From positions 40,188,464-40,252,463 of the forward strand of contig NC_043011.1 in NCBI RefSeq assembly GCF_006345805.1: a stretch of DNA of 64,000 bases. Direction: 5' to 3'. The stretch's first letter is position 1; the number at the start of each line of letters is the position of its first letter. Source of the stretch: Octopus sinensis. Taxonomy: Eukaryota. Under the pieces are notes generated by a model. That model worked only from the letters and a program-made list of their open reading frames with translations. It did no database searches and had not been told where the DNA came from. Positions 1 to 12,035 of this stretch are shown in pieces. A program made the position numbers and the translations under genes.

Positions 1-1100
1 AGGTACCCCGATACAATGGTGTGAACTCTAGCAAGAACACAGCAGAAACTGCATTGGCATGATCTGACAGGAAGGTGCTAATCATTATGACAAGAGATGG
101 ATGACACTCATAAGTAGAAAAAGAGATAGTTCCCATGGCAGACATAGAGGATATGACTGAAGAATTTGTTGAAAACAAGTACAGTAACACTGCTTTCACT
201 GAAATTCTCAAGTGTGAAGGAACATTGGTGAATGACAGAGGAGGAGGACTGCAATAAATCTGGCCCTTTGGAGGCTGTACAGGTGGTCACTAAGGAGGAT
301 CAAAACTTCAAAGTGATTATTACCTCCACCTTAGCAAAGACGGAGGTATTGTTTACAGTCACATCTGTTTGTTTGTCCGTGGACAAGATATCTCAAGACC
401 CGCTGGATGGATTCGGATGAAATTTTCAGGGATGTTTGGCCCTGTGACTGGCACGAACTGATTAGATTTTGGAATCAATCGGGTACCAGACAAGGATTCT
501 AGATTATTTTTCCAATTTTTTTTTACTAAAATTTTCGAGTGGTTGGGTTCATTTTTCGTATTCTCGTTTGTGAGAGCAGTCAAGTTTATTTCAAAATCAC
601 CTCTGGCTAATCATTGAGAGGATATTGGTGTTGCCTTGGCAGAGGTTTGCACTTTCTGAGTGCTCTTGTTAATAACGTTTCCATCAAGATGGAGATGTTA
701 GAGATGTGAGTGAAAGGTTAGTGATTGATAAATGTAGAAGGCCACCCTTTAGAGTGTTACCATAGATCTGAGTAATTTCCTGTAGAAAAAGAAAAAGTGG
801 CAATGGGAGTGTATTGTTTATGGGTATTGAAAGGGACATTATCAAGGCCTTGTTGGGTTGGAGTGGTAACTGGAATATTTATTAGCGAAGGTATTATACT
901 GCAGAATCAAATTTTGGGGGAAATATGACTTAGTGTATGAGAACATGGAGTTAGAAGAGGAACAGCATCCAGGAGGATTTCTCAGAGTTGTTGCCAAGAG
1001 AACCGTCCTTTTTGATGATTGATATATAAAGTGGTTCTGTAAGGTTTACAGAAGTACATTGATAAACAGAAGAGCATGTTGCAATGTAAATTCTTTGTTC
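1..1100 (-). mobile_element. Decayed non-LTR retrotransposon (LINE) reverse-transcriptase fragment, interrupted by the 317-670 insertion; same family as 47160-48795
   Basis: Minus-strand translation around 1-300 gives degenerate RT motifs: LLSDHLYSLQRAR (cf. LSDHQYGFRxxRST), HQCSFTLENFSESSVTVLVFNKFF (cf. HxWSxALxNFGESxVVALDISKAFD) and HTIVSGVP at the window edge (cf. GVPQGS). Frameshifted; right boundary approximate. Confidence 0.55.
317..670 (+). mobile_element. Helentron-associated non-autonomous element (HINE/DINE-1-like)
   Basis: 5' TTATTACCTCCACC with a local inverted partner AAGACGGAGGTA (337-348), a TGTT/TGTC microsatellite, a 3' sub-terminal inverted copy GGCAGAGGT (638-646), a small stem-loop GCACTT-TCT-GAGTGC (649-663) and a terminal TT. 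This is the canonical HINE layout. Confidence 0.6.
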
Positions 1101-1707
1101 ATAAATAAGTATATTCATTGAATGATTATAAATATTTATCCGTAGGTTAGACAGAACTAGAGCATAGAGCGGTGATACAGTCTAAATGGCTTGCAGTGAT
1201 AAATGAGAATCCAAGTTCAAATTTCGCCAAAAGTAGATTATATATATATATAAACTATATAATTAAACATAAATGAGAAAAATATTATTAGATTGCTCAA
1301 CCCTTTGGGAAATAACACTCGCCTTAAAAAGGGAAGGACATAATGAATAATATAGTCCCAGACAAACAAAATCTAGAATCATTGACTGATCACAGTATGA
1401 ACACCTTCGATCATCATAAGTCTGTCTGCTTGATCAGGGCTGACTTCGATTAAACATCAACTACCATAGTGCAAAATAGAATGCCTGAAATTAAAACGAA
1501 ATGGCTATGGTTGATCATAAGGCTGCCCATTCAGAGTCCACCGGGGTCCCAATGATAACGGTGACAAATCTGTGTTTTGGTTTTCTTTTACTTTTAACCA
1601 TGTGGTAAGTCAATTAGTATATAATTATTGATGTCATAATAACACCAGAAGTATAGTCAGCTGGAAACAAAGATTATAGTTGAAATTAGTGGAGTAAACT
1701 GCACAAT

Positions 1708-1870
1708 AATTCTTCTTACAATAGGCACAAGACCTGAAGTTTCATGGGAGAATGCTAGTCGATTATATCGACCCAGTGCTCAACTGGTACTTATTTTACC
1801 GAGCCCGAAAGGATGAAGGACAGACTAGGCCGCGGCGGGATTTGAACTATGAACGTAAAACCGGAAGAAT
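1708..1870 (-). mobile_element. tRNA-derived SINE, family A (partial)
   Basis: Reverse complement of the family A core (AGTACCAGTTGAGCACTGGGTCGAT, CATCCTTTCGGG, AGTTCAAATCCCGCCG) seen at 5968-6188. Confidence 0.6.
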
Positions 1871-2264
1871 AACAATGAAAGCTAACCCCTTGTTTTTACT
1901 TATAGAACAAGGGACAGTTTAAATTTAAGAACATTTAAATCTATCTAAAACGGTTCGATTACAATACAGTTTTATACATAACACATATACATATATATAT
2001 ACACACACGTACATATATGTGTGTGTATGTATGTATATCGATCTGGTGTAAGAACATAGCACATCAATAACACAGAACGTTTTGAACCTGATGAAATCAT
2101 ATTGTAAACAAATGAGATGGTGTGTAAAAAAGCCAGATGAAAGAAGAGAGAGAGACACAGAAACTGAAGAATGAGAAGCACATGGCTGGAGTTAAAGAAA
2201 GATAGAAAGAGAAAGAGAGAGGAAGGGAGGGAGTAAATATTATGGTTGATGCTAATTTATTTAC

Positions 2265-2435
2265 CTTTGAAACAACGTCAGGAGCTGCAACGATGGAGAT
2301 TTTCGACGATAAGGAAGTGGTCTGGTCAACTGTTTTTAAGTGAATTCGTGTCTCGTCTCCATTGTCTTCAGAGCCGGAGATATTAGATTCCTCTGAACTA
2401 CTCGCATACTGCTGTAATGATAACATCGACGACAT
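2265..2435 (-). CDS. CDC40: Pre-mRNA-processing factor 17 (CDC40/PRP17), first coding exon (57 codons, phase 0); the gene continues leftward beyond the window
   Basis: ATG at 2435. Peptide MSSMLSLQQYASSSEESNISGSEDNGDETRIHLK...ISIVAAPDVVSK has the CDC40 N-terminal pattern (L..Y + Ser/acidic tract, HL, then xAPxVxxK, cf. human SAPEVAVK). It ends exactly at a donor AAG|GTAAAT (GT at 2264-2263). The rest of ORF 2097-2435 is low-complexity intron read-through. Confidence 0.78.
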
Positions 2436-2750
2436 TTGTGCTAGAATAAGCTCAGCAGAAATTTGGAATAGTCGCTTCTGATTGGTAGATATTACAGTGA
2501 GTTACATGAAAGCTATAAAAAAAGAAAAAAATATATATATATATTTAGCAGAAACCCCGAAAAACCGATTTAAAAAAAAAAAGAGAACTGATCGATTATA
2601 TTATTTTTTTCTCTGTCTATAATTTTTTTCTAAGTTTCGTTAATATAAATAAAGTATGTAAATGATTAAGTGATGAATAAAAATATTTGGCAGTAAATGA
2701 AGAGCAAGTGACCAGCTTGATTGGATATTATGTCGCCATTTTGTGAATTC
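2436..2750. promoter_or_regulatory. Putative bidirectional promoter between CDC40 (-) and a plus-strand transcript (probably WASF)
   Basis: Inverted CCAAT boxes (GATTGG) at 2480-2485 and 2719-2724, a YY1-like CGCCATTTT at 2734-2742, poly(dA/dT) tracts, and locally retained CpG. It lies between a minus-strand ATG exon and a plus-strand perfect splice donor. Confidence 0.6.
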
Positions 2751-2839
2751 TTGATGGAAATGGGATTAGAGTCGGTGGAAAGCATGTGAAAGGCTCTAAA
2801 GGAGTTTCATGTCGCATCTTTTAACTATAATCGAAGGAG
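2730..2839 (+). other. Putative non-coding first exon (5'-UTR) of the WASF gene; start approximate
   Basis: Perfect consensus donor GAG|GTAAGT (GT at 2840-2841) about 100 nt downstream of the YY1-like motif. The WASF ATG exon at 62840 begins with a splice acceptor and so needs an upstream exon. Confidence 0.55.
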
Positions 2840-3448
2840 GTAAGTACTTCTAGAAAACTAAAAAACCAACACATAGATAACTAATCACTTATCTATGTTT
2901 CGCAATCGATTCCAGAGAATTTTTTTTTTACATATTATTTTCGCGAGAGAAGCGCGGCTGTCTGTCTCATAATATATCTATCTTTATATCCATCTATCCA
3001 TCTATCTATCATTTTTTTTGTTGTTTTTTTTTTTACTTTTTATTGTGATTCTTTCTTTTTTTTTTTACGAATATTCACACGGCGTGGGCAACTGTGGAAG
3101 CTTAACTTAACTATATACCCAATGTATTTCTCTCCTCTTTCTATGTCTGTCTATTTTTCACTCTACAAGCACCAAACAGTGAAAGAAATCTGCTGCCTCT
3201 ACACACACATATATATATACACCTCTTCCTATCTTTCTACATATATAACTATATCATTACACTCACATATGTATGTGTATACACTCATTCAGTGTATTCT
3301 AATACATATATTTAAAAAAAAAAAAACGAGAATATGTTATATATGTATAATATATATATACACACCACACACACACACAATAATATATATACATATATAT
3401 ATATAATATAGAATAAACTGTATGTATTACACATAGGATATGATTTTA

Positions 3449-3490
<42 letters not shown>

Positions 3491-3592
3491 CACACACAAA
3501 GAATATGTTATAAATGCATATACATACACAGACATGTAGCAGTGTTCTATAATAATATAGAATAAGGTATATTTATATATACACAGGATATT

Positions 3593-3632
<40 letters not shown>

Positions 3633-4311
3633 GAAGAATATGCTCAGTGTATATATATATATGTATGTATGTATACATATTCGCATACATTTTCTATGTA
3701 ACAGAATAAGCTATATATATATATATATAATGTAATCTTGGAGTATGCTCCATTCTTCATGTAGCAATTTCCAAAGGAAGATTTCACTACATCACACCAC
3801 ATGACTCTTTAACATATATATATATATATATACCTATATATATATATATACCCGTTACTTTCATTTATATCGTTTTTTCTTCAAACCTCTACATATTTTC
3901 ATTACCTTCTGCTAAACCATTTATTATATTCTTTCAAATTTCTATTACTATAATATTAATTACTACAATGATATTATTAATACTAATTATTATTTATTCA
4001 ATATTAAAATGAATGGGAATGATTTGGTTATGGTTAGCTTTGCTTGTTAGTTTATTTGTTACATTTCTGTATTCCTGAGTGAATTTCTGATCGTTCCTCC
4101 TTTAAAATATATTAAAATATCTTAAAAAGATCCTCCTTGTCAGATGTCCAAAAGCAACAACTTCCGGTAGGGAAGACACAGAGAACAAAAATAGATGGAT
4201 TATTATATTAGCTTCTTATGTTGACATGAAAAATTGTTGTACAGATTTCGAGGGGCCGACATATCATTTTAGTGAAAGTATATACTAGGAAATTCACACA
4301 TACACACACAC

Positions 4312-4343
<32 letters not shown>

Positions 4344-5728
4344 CTATATGTGTGTGTGTGTGATGAGGAAATTAATGGCTTTGAAATTCTCTTAAACACA
4401 CCACATATACACATGTATATACACGCCCGCACACACACACACATGTATATATATATATATATCGTCATCATCATCATATATATGTATATATATTCTAGAG
4501 TATATTCACGGATGCATGTATTTGTATATTTGGGGAACAGCTTCACTTTTATTAAACATGTTAGCTTGAAAACAAGGCTGTGATCTCGTTTTGACTTTTT
4601 TTTTTTTCGTATTAAGGGCTTGTCATTTTCTTAAGAATGCTGTTTATATCTACACACACACACACATACAAACATACATACATACATACATCTGTGTGTG
4701 TTCTGTCAAACGAAGCGAAATGATTAATCTAACGATGGTATAGTGTTCTTTTGATGGTATGACATGGCTTGAGCTGTGATGGCTAAAACGAACTAAAGAA
4801 CTAACGAGGGCGTGTACCCACTCATTCGTCTTTTCTCGCTCTTCTCTGTGTGTGTGTGTGTGTGTAATTAAGGGTAGTAGAAACAAGAGAAGTAGTATAA
4901 AGAGATCAAGCAAGCCCATAATGATCACAGGCGCTCCAAAATGACCATCATATTTGTGATTCCGGACATTGTGTTATCTGTATCCCTTCCTCCCTCTCGC
5001 TCTCTCTCTCTGTTTTTTTAGATGGTAGGGTTTTGTTTGGCTGTTATTTTTGCTTAGTCAAGCTGCTAGTGATGTTCCATCGTTTGTTCAGGGATGGTTT
5101 TTAGAAATCGACCGATTTCTTTTTCTTTCGCCCCAGGCCAGCTTTGATTAAGCAAACCTATGCTCAAAAGCCTCTCTTCCATGACCATCTCGTCCTTTTA
5201 TTTTATTTTTTTTCTGGTAAACTATATTTTGCTTTATATCAATCAGTTTGTTCTTCCATTTTTTTCTTTTCATTGGGTGTAAATTGACGAGATTGATATT
5301 GGCTGTTATTTCTTGCATAGCGAGCGATCACATTGTGGTTTTATTCTGTTTTGATGTGAAAAATTTTATCTCATTGATGTGATGCGGCTGGGGGTGGCAA
5401 TAAATAAATAAATATAAAATGAAACCATTCTACCTTCATCAAAGCCGGAAAAAAAGTTGATTGGGAAATATAGGTATCTGCTCATGAGACTTAAATTAAA
5501 TTCTATTAATTAATTAATTTCTCTTAAACGTTTCCTACCCTAACACTTGGGCAATTTTTTTTTTTTTTTTTACTTATAATTTTTTTTGTCCTTATACCGA
5601 AACAATTATTGTACAGGCTTCTGTTACGGGTACGAGTAGGCTTTCGGATCGAGCTCTGATCCCCTACTTTGTGGCCACATCAGTCGAGTCGGATGGCAAT
5701 TATCATTATCATCATCATGGTTATCGTT

Positions 5729-6896
5729 GGATGGCAGAATCGTTTGCGCTTCGAAGAAAACGTTCGGTAGAATTTGTTCCGGCTCTTTACACTCTGAATT
5801 CTCATCCCACCGCGGTTAATTTTGCCTTTCATCCCTTCCGGGGTCGATAAGTAAAGTACCAGTCAAGTACTGAGGTCGATGTAATCGACATGACTCCTCT
5901 CCCGTTCCCGAATTCCAGGTCTTGTGCTTATAGTAGAAAAGATTATTATTAGTAGTAGCTGTAGTAGGGCGGCGAGCTGGCAGAATCGTTAGCACGCCGG
6001 GCAAAATGCTTGGCGGCATTTCGTCCGTTTTTGCGTTCTGAGTTCAAAATCCGCCGAGGTCAACTTTGCTTTTATCCTCTCATGGTCGATTAAATAAGTA
6101 CCAGTTTATTACTGGGGTCGGTGTAATCAACTAGCCCCCTCCTCCAAAATTTTTGGCCTTGTGCCTGTAATGGTAAGGATTATTATTAACAATAGTATGG
6201 CGAGTGAATTGGCAGAACCGGTAGAGCGACATACAAAATACTTCGCTATAGTTAGTTACGTCCCTTTAAGTTCCGAGTTCGAACCCTTCTTACGATTGAC
6301 TTTTTTTTTATTCTTCCAGGGTCGATAAAATAGGTTACAGTTTAAGTGCTGGGTCCAATGTAATCAACTGTAATCCCCTTTCCAGGTGTATACCTTGTGC
6401 CGAAAATGTTTTTAAGTCTGCGACCTGGCGGAATGGTTAGCACGTCGGAGAAAATGCTTAGCGGTATTTTGTCCGTCTTTATTTTCTTGGTTCAAATTAC
6501 GCCTAGGTCGACTTTTTAATCCTTTCATAGTAGATAAAGTAAACCCCAATTGAGCACTGACGTCGATTTAATCGAGTAGCCCCTTCCCTCAAAATTTCAG
6601 GCCTCCTTTCTATATTAGAAAGGATCATTATTATTATTATTATTATTGCGAGAGAGCAAATGGATTATCAAGCTTGGTGATTCAGTTAACATTTACGGCC
6701 CTTTATTTTCCCAACCGTTTTAGATCCCGTCCATATCGACTTTTGTTTTTTTATATCTTCCCCGGGTTCTGTAAAATAAGGTACCACTGAAAATACTGAC
6801 GGGGGTGGGGGTTTCAACTGATTTCGTTTCGTTTTTTTTTTTTTTCTTACCTCTCTCCGTCTAAAATTAGTCGTTAGAAATGATAATAATTATTAA
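5729..6896 (+). mobile_element. Head-to-tail array of 4-5 tRNA-derived SINE family A copies (about 220-240 bp each)
   Basis: Units start near 5729, 5968, 6199, 6420 and (degenerate) 6648. Each of the four clearer units has an A-box-like TGGCAGAAT, a B-box-like GAGTTCAAAxxCC and a GGGTCGATAAA..AGTACC-like core, and most end in an (ATT)n tail. Confidence 0.75.
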
Positions 6897-8779
6897 GTTA
6901 CTTGGAGTTCTCTCCGCCCCGCTCTTAGTCGAATATAGTAGCAGTAATTTTACTATGACAGCGCTGGTCCTCTCTTGTTGTTATTATTATTTTTTTCTCT
7001 CTCTTCCTTTTCCGACTTGACATTTTCGAAATAAATAATTTTACAAGCCCCACACCCCGTCCCCACCAGTCTTTCTTTTGCACATATAGTGTGTGTGTTC
7101 CTTTCAATTTACCCTGTGTAGTCACCCTTCTTATCCTTATCCCTTGTTATTAATCTCTTCATTTAAAAGGTAGCTTAGGTTATCACGATGATTTTTCTTT
7201 CAATATCATTTGCTCATTCATTTTCTATCAATTTTACTTGGGTTGATGGGTGATCCGTTTCATATACTATGTAATATCTGTATATATATATAATAGATTT
7301 TAATATTAGTATTGTGAGAACAGGGTTCCTGGAAATATAGTTGAGCTTAATGTTGCTGAGTGTGTGTGTGTATATATATATATGCACACATGCACATAGG
7401 CTATGAGTGTTATCGTTAATCCGAAGTTTAAGGTCGATTTGTCTTTGTTATTTAGTTTTTATCACTATCCTCGTTGTTATTGCTATTATTGTTAACGTTG
7501 TTTATCATAACAATAAAATAATGAAGTGATTATTCATGGATGACTTATGAATTTCTAATTCAGTTGTATTTTATATTTATTTCACGTACACTCTTGACTT
7601 ATAGCATTTATATCGCAACTTACGCTATCTCTGGAATGGTCGTATCTATCTTAAGACTTGTGTTTCGTCGTAACTCATCTTTTTTGTAGCACTGTCGCTA
7701 AATACTTTAATTCCTCAAGCTTCCTCTTCGAATTTGTTTTTTGTTTTTTTTTTGTTTTCTTCTTCGTCTTCTGATTTATTTTCCCCTCCCGCCTTACCAC
7801 CACCAAGGCAGAAATTCTAGCGTCGTAATGGCATGGTGGTAGAAGAAATTCTTCAACCGGTAGTGGTCGTGGTGGCGGTGATGTCTTGTGCTTTTTAGAC
7901 TGTGATGTAAGTCCCAAGTATCTTGTTTAATCAGGAGGAACATTTTCGGCATCCCACAGCGAAAGAATTTGGTATGAGTGAGAAGGAATCGTGATATTAC
8001 AGTAAAAGAGGTTTCGAAAAATTCTGTTATTTCTGTGTTAGGGCTTACAGCCTTGTGCACCCGTTCCAAAGGCTAACTGGGTATAAATTGAGTAATAACT
8101 CGCTTTGTGTGTGTGTGTAATTTATATGTACATACCACGAAGACGCATGTTTAGATGTGTGCATATGTATTTGTGAGTGCGTATATATTTATATACACTC
8201 AGACACATGTACATGCGTGTATGTATGTTTGCGTAGCTGAGTGTGTGTGTGTACGTATGCATAGGTACCGATTTGTTTGTCTATATTTGCCTGTACATGT
8301 ATGTTGTTATATGTGTATAGTGTGCATCTGTTGCGCGTGCGTATATGCTAATGTCGATATTTGTAAATATTGTTTAAATGCATGTCTATATATTTGTCTG
8401 ATGTCTATATACATATGCTTGTACTCAAATTGATTTTAGATCGAAAAAAAAATCATCCACCCCCTCCTTTCATCGCACATATACACACACACACACACAC
8501 GTCTCAGTAACCTCTTGTATGGCATATCCAAGCTGTCTGCAGAAAAACGTGTGTGCGTGTGTGTGTATATATATATATATATATGTATACACACACTAAC
8601 ACACACGTGTATGTATGTATGTGTGTGTGTGTGTGTGTGTGTGTGCTTTAAATTCTATATTTAGTTATTTGTTTACAGAAAGACAAGAGGCACTAAACGG
8701 TCGATCAGCCGCTTGTATTGGCTTTATTTCACAAACCCGTTCACGCTGGTAGCGTGTCTATGGTTTCAGCCACACACAC

Positions 8780-8814
<35 letters not shown>

Positions 8815-8949
8815 CGTGTGTGTGGTGTGTATGTGCACGCACACGCGATCATGCACATTTAATGTTGTGTGAAACCTGCTGTGACAACTGGTGTCGTTCT
8901 GTTTTTTTTTTTTATTATTGTTATTATCAGTCAACGAGAGATGCTTGAA

Positions 8950-9420
8950 GTTGTTCTCCTAGCTAGAAATAACAGCTAAATTCTCAATTTTCTCTTCAAA
9001 TCACATCCTACCGGCTTATAGAAAAAAGGCAAAGAAAATACACGAGATAAAGTAGTCGTAGATAGAGAGATATATAGAGATAGAGAGACACGCAGGGTGA
9101 CAGAGTGATAAAGATAGAGGGAGAGATATAGAGAGGTAGGTCACCCTGCGTGTCTCTCTATTTCTGCCCCTCTCTCTATCTCTCTTTATCTCTCTATCTA
9201 TCTATCTTGGACTACATTAGAACGACTTTGTTCTGAGCCAGGCACGTCTTTGATCCAAGTTTTCTTGGACCAGGGTGAATGACCTCGGCTTAAACAACTG
9301 CACCAAAACACTCTGAACCGACGAGGGAGCTTGTCTGCGATTGCTCGAGCTGCTAGACATAGCGACGAAAATCAACCTCCTCGTATCATACTCTGTCGTC
9401 TTCTTTGGATAATGTAGTTT
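8950..9420. repeat. Old dispersed repeat family C pieces flanking a GA/TC hairpin (other copies at about 1290-1460, 5020-5340, 11390-11580, 27570-27780, 44100-44280, 54660-54790, 55510-55720, 57795-57900)
   Basis: Recurrent motifs GCTAGAAATAACAGC..AATCTCCCTCAAATCAC and TGTTTAGCCCCAGGTCAGCCCTGATCAAGCAGAC.TATGATCAAAG in either orientation. Confidence 0.55.
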
Positions 9421-11012
9421 TCGGTACGAGTTGGTTGCGACTGATACATATTTGATAATAGGCTTGCGCAACGAAAGCTCACATGGGGGTTAATAATAGT
9501 AGTAATAACACTAAGTTAGCGAATGTACCCAACTTAGGTTGGTTTTAATTTCATTATTCATACCCTAGCATTTTATGTAGTGCTACAAAACCTCTAAAAT
9601 GATGACAGGCTGACCATGTTTAGAATATTTTCAAGTTCAGTGTTGGCTTGGTATACAACTGGTATTGTTTGCCTTTTCTTGTATAGTGTACTGATACTTG
9701 TTTAATTTGTCCCTTTTTCCATGTTTGTGTTATTCATCTCTTCCATTAATATTATGGATGTCATCACTAAACATGTTAGGAAGTCATGGACATCATTGCT
9801 TTCTATGGTTAGCCTTCGTACTATACATGCCTAAGGTTTTGTTGCTCAGTGTTTTCACTCATCCCACCCACAAGATCATTTGGACAATTTCAAAAAATAC
9901 ATCAGATCAGTTTGTGCCAATGAAGGAGCGTACATGCAAGGGTTTCTCAATCTACTGGAAATAGCAATCAGCTGGTTTTCGTTTCACAGTTTATTTTCGT
10001 TTTCAAAAAGGACACGTTTGCTAATACGTAGTTGTAATCTTCCACAATGCAATATGACACATACAAGATGACATTTACTGCCAGAATACTTTTGAGCAAA
10101 GCTCTTATTCCATCAGCTCTGACCTGGAGCTCAACAACAGGTTCTAACCATTTGACTGATTGTATGCAGTCTCTCTCTCTCTCTCTCTCTCAAAACATAC
10201 TTTTGCACTTCATCTTATGAACAAGAATGACCATCACACAATCTCGTTTGCTGTTTCCTTCACTTTAAAGAACCAATTTCAGCAGGTAGTTGTTGTGATG
10301 TGACTGTTTCAATTTTAAGTTGAAACTAATTTAAGTGAAGACATGTAAAGAAAAACTAAAATAAAATAAAAATTTTTTGCATAGACAGAAAGTTATATCG
10401 ACCCACATAGAAGGACAAAAGATAAAGTTTTTACCTCAGCAAGACTAACTTTGTTTTTCATAAGAATACATTGTGAAATTTTCAGCTAATTGGTTTCGTG
10501 GTGTGGTTTTGATTTCTGGCAGAATAAAGACATTTCATTTAAGTTGATAATTATCTTTCTAATTATCAGTAAGTGTTGCAGCACAATATTGCTTTTAAGA
10601 AATGACAGGATTCTTAACGTTTCTGATGATGGATTACAGAAACACCTGAATGCCATTCTTAAATGCCTAATGGAAGAATTTTGGCTTGTTCTCGATGCTT
10701 TCTGAATTCTGATCCCACCAAAGTCCACTGCCTTTTCCATTCTGCTGGAATCAGTACCAAGCATGTATATAATTTATCTATCTATCTATCCAGTAATTTG
10801 ATACTCTTAGCTTTAGTTCCATCCTCACTTTTTTTTCTGCATGTGCTCCTGTTGGCCATCATTCTCACTAATCTAGAAACCATCATGGAAATTTCTATTT
10901 TTTCTAACTAAATATAATAAGAAGGAAAATAGAAGTATTACGTAGTTTAACACTTCTGTAAGGAAAATGGACCTAACCTTTAAAAAAAAATGATTTCTGA
11001 CTTTTTGGTTAA

Positions 11013-11232
11013 CCCTTTTGTTACTGTATTTATTTTGAGATGCTCTGTGTTTCTTTTAATTACTTTAAATATAACAAATAATTTAGTAAAATAACTTAGT
11101 TATCATTCAGCTAGTGTTAGGAACATAAATTGTGACTAAGGTTTGGTGGAAGATTTTAATTCAAAACTTATGAAAACAAGACATTTGTACTCAGAGTCAG
11201 AGCCGGTTTCAGCCAGGTTGGTAACAAAAGGG
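11013..11232. mobile_element. piggyBac-type MITE
   Basis: Perfect 12-bp TIR CCCTTTTGTTAC (11013-11024) / GTAACAAAAGGG (11221-11232), flanked on both sides by TTAA (11009-11012, 11233-11236). Degenerate relatives at about 24690-24915, 29390-29600, 38563-38740 and 46725-46930. Confidence 0.8.
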
Positions 11233-11718
11233 TTAAAATGCTGTCTTGGTTAGGTGTCATGTACAAAGATGACAGAACAAACATCAACAGTGAGTGTGCC
11301 TGTTGAGTGTAATAGTGTTTCTTTCCGGTACTTTTTCTTTTATCTGTAAGTATTTGTGAAGAACTAGGAAGGATTGCATTAATGAGGGAATCTATGTGGT
11401 CACTCTGTCTGCTAGAAAAAAGCAACCAGATCTCCCTCAGATAAACAATCTGCTGTCTTAAAACAAACAGGACAAAGCAGGTTGGGGTGGGAAGGAGTTG
11501 TTAATGTAGGTATCCTTTAAAAGACATTATAATCACAGCTGGTTTTGGCTATCATTATGATTGACCAAGGGCTAAACAACAACTGGGAAGGGTGTTGCCA
11601 TGCTCTTTTCCTGTTGCTCTGACATAGATAAAAGCCATAAATACATATTGCCTATACACATATACACACGCATTTATATATCAGCCAGTCTTGTGTCTAT
11701 ATATCAGTTTATGTCATT

Positions 11719-11751
<33 letters not shown>

Positions 11752-12002
11752 TATATATATGTGTGTGTGTGTGGGTAAGAAGCTCACACACCTGTGTGAG
11801 TGCTTATCACTATATCTACCTGTCTGTTTATTAATTATGAAAGCTATCTACATCATCTCTACATATCTTGAGGTATATGTGTCTTTATGCAAGCACATAT
11901 ACACCCACATCTGTCACTAATATCTCTCTATATGTCTTGTGTGTCTCTCTCTATAGCAATCTGTTTTTTTTTATTGTCTCTCTCTCCCCAGTATTATGTA
12001 TG

Positions 12003-12035
<33 letters not shown>

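Noticed and set aside
2097-2264. 3' half of the 112-aa ORF
   Set aside because: Lies past the AAG|GTAAAT donor; GA-rich intron read-through.
3122-4928. Numerous Y/I/H/T/V/C-rich ORFs here and across the window
   Set aside because: Translations of (TA)n/(CA)n/(TG)n microsatellites.
5729-6896. Regularly spaced repeats resembling a CRISPR array or tRNA gene cluster
   Set aside because: Units are ~220-bp diverged SINEs with dispersed copies elsewhere; no constant short repeat with unique spacers, no cas genes and no complete cloverleaf.
9217-9471. 84-aa minus-strand ORF with plausible composition
   Set aside because: The DNA matches dispersed repeat family C motifs; no recognisable protein family.
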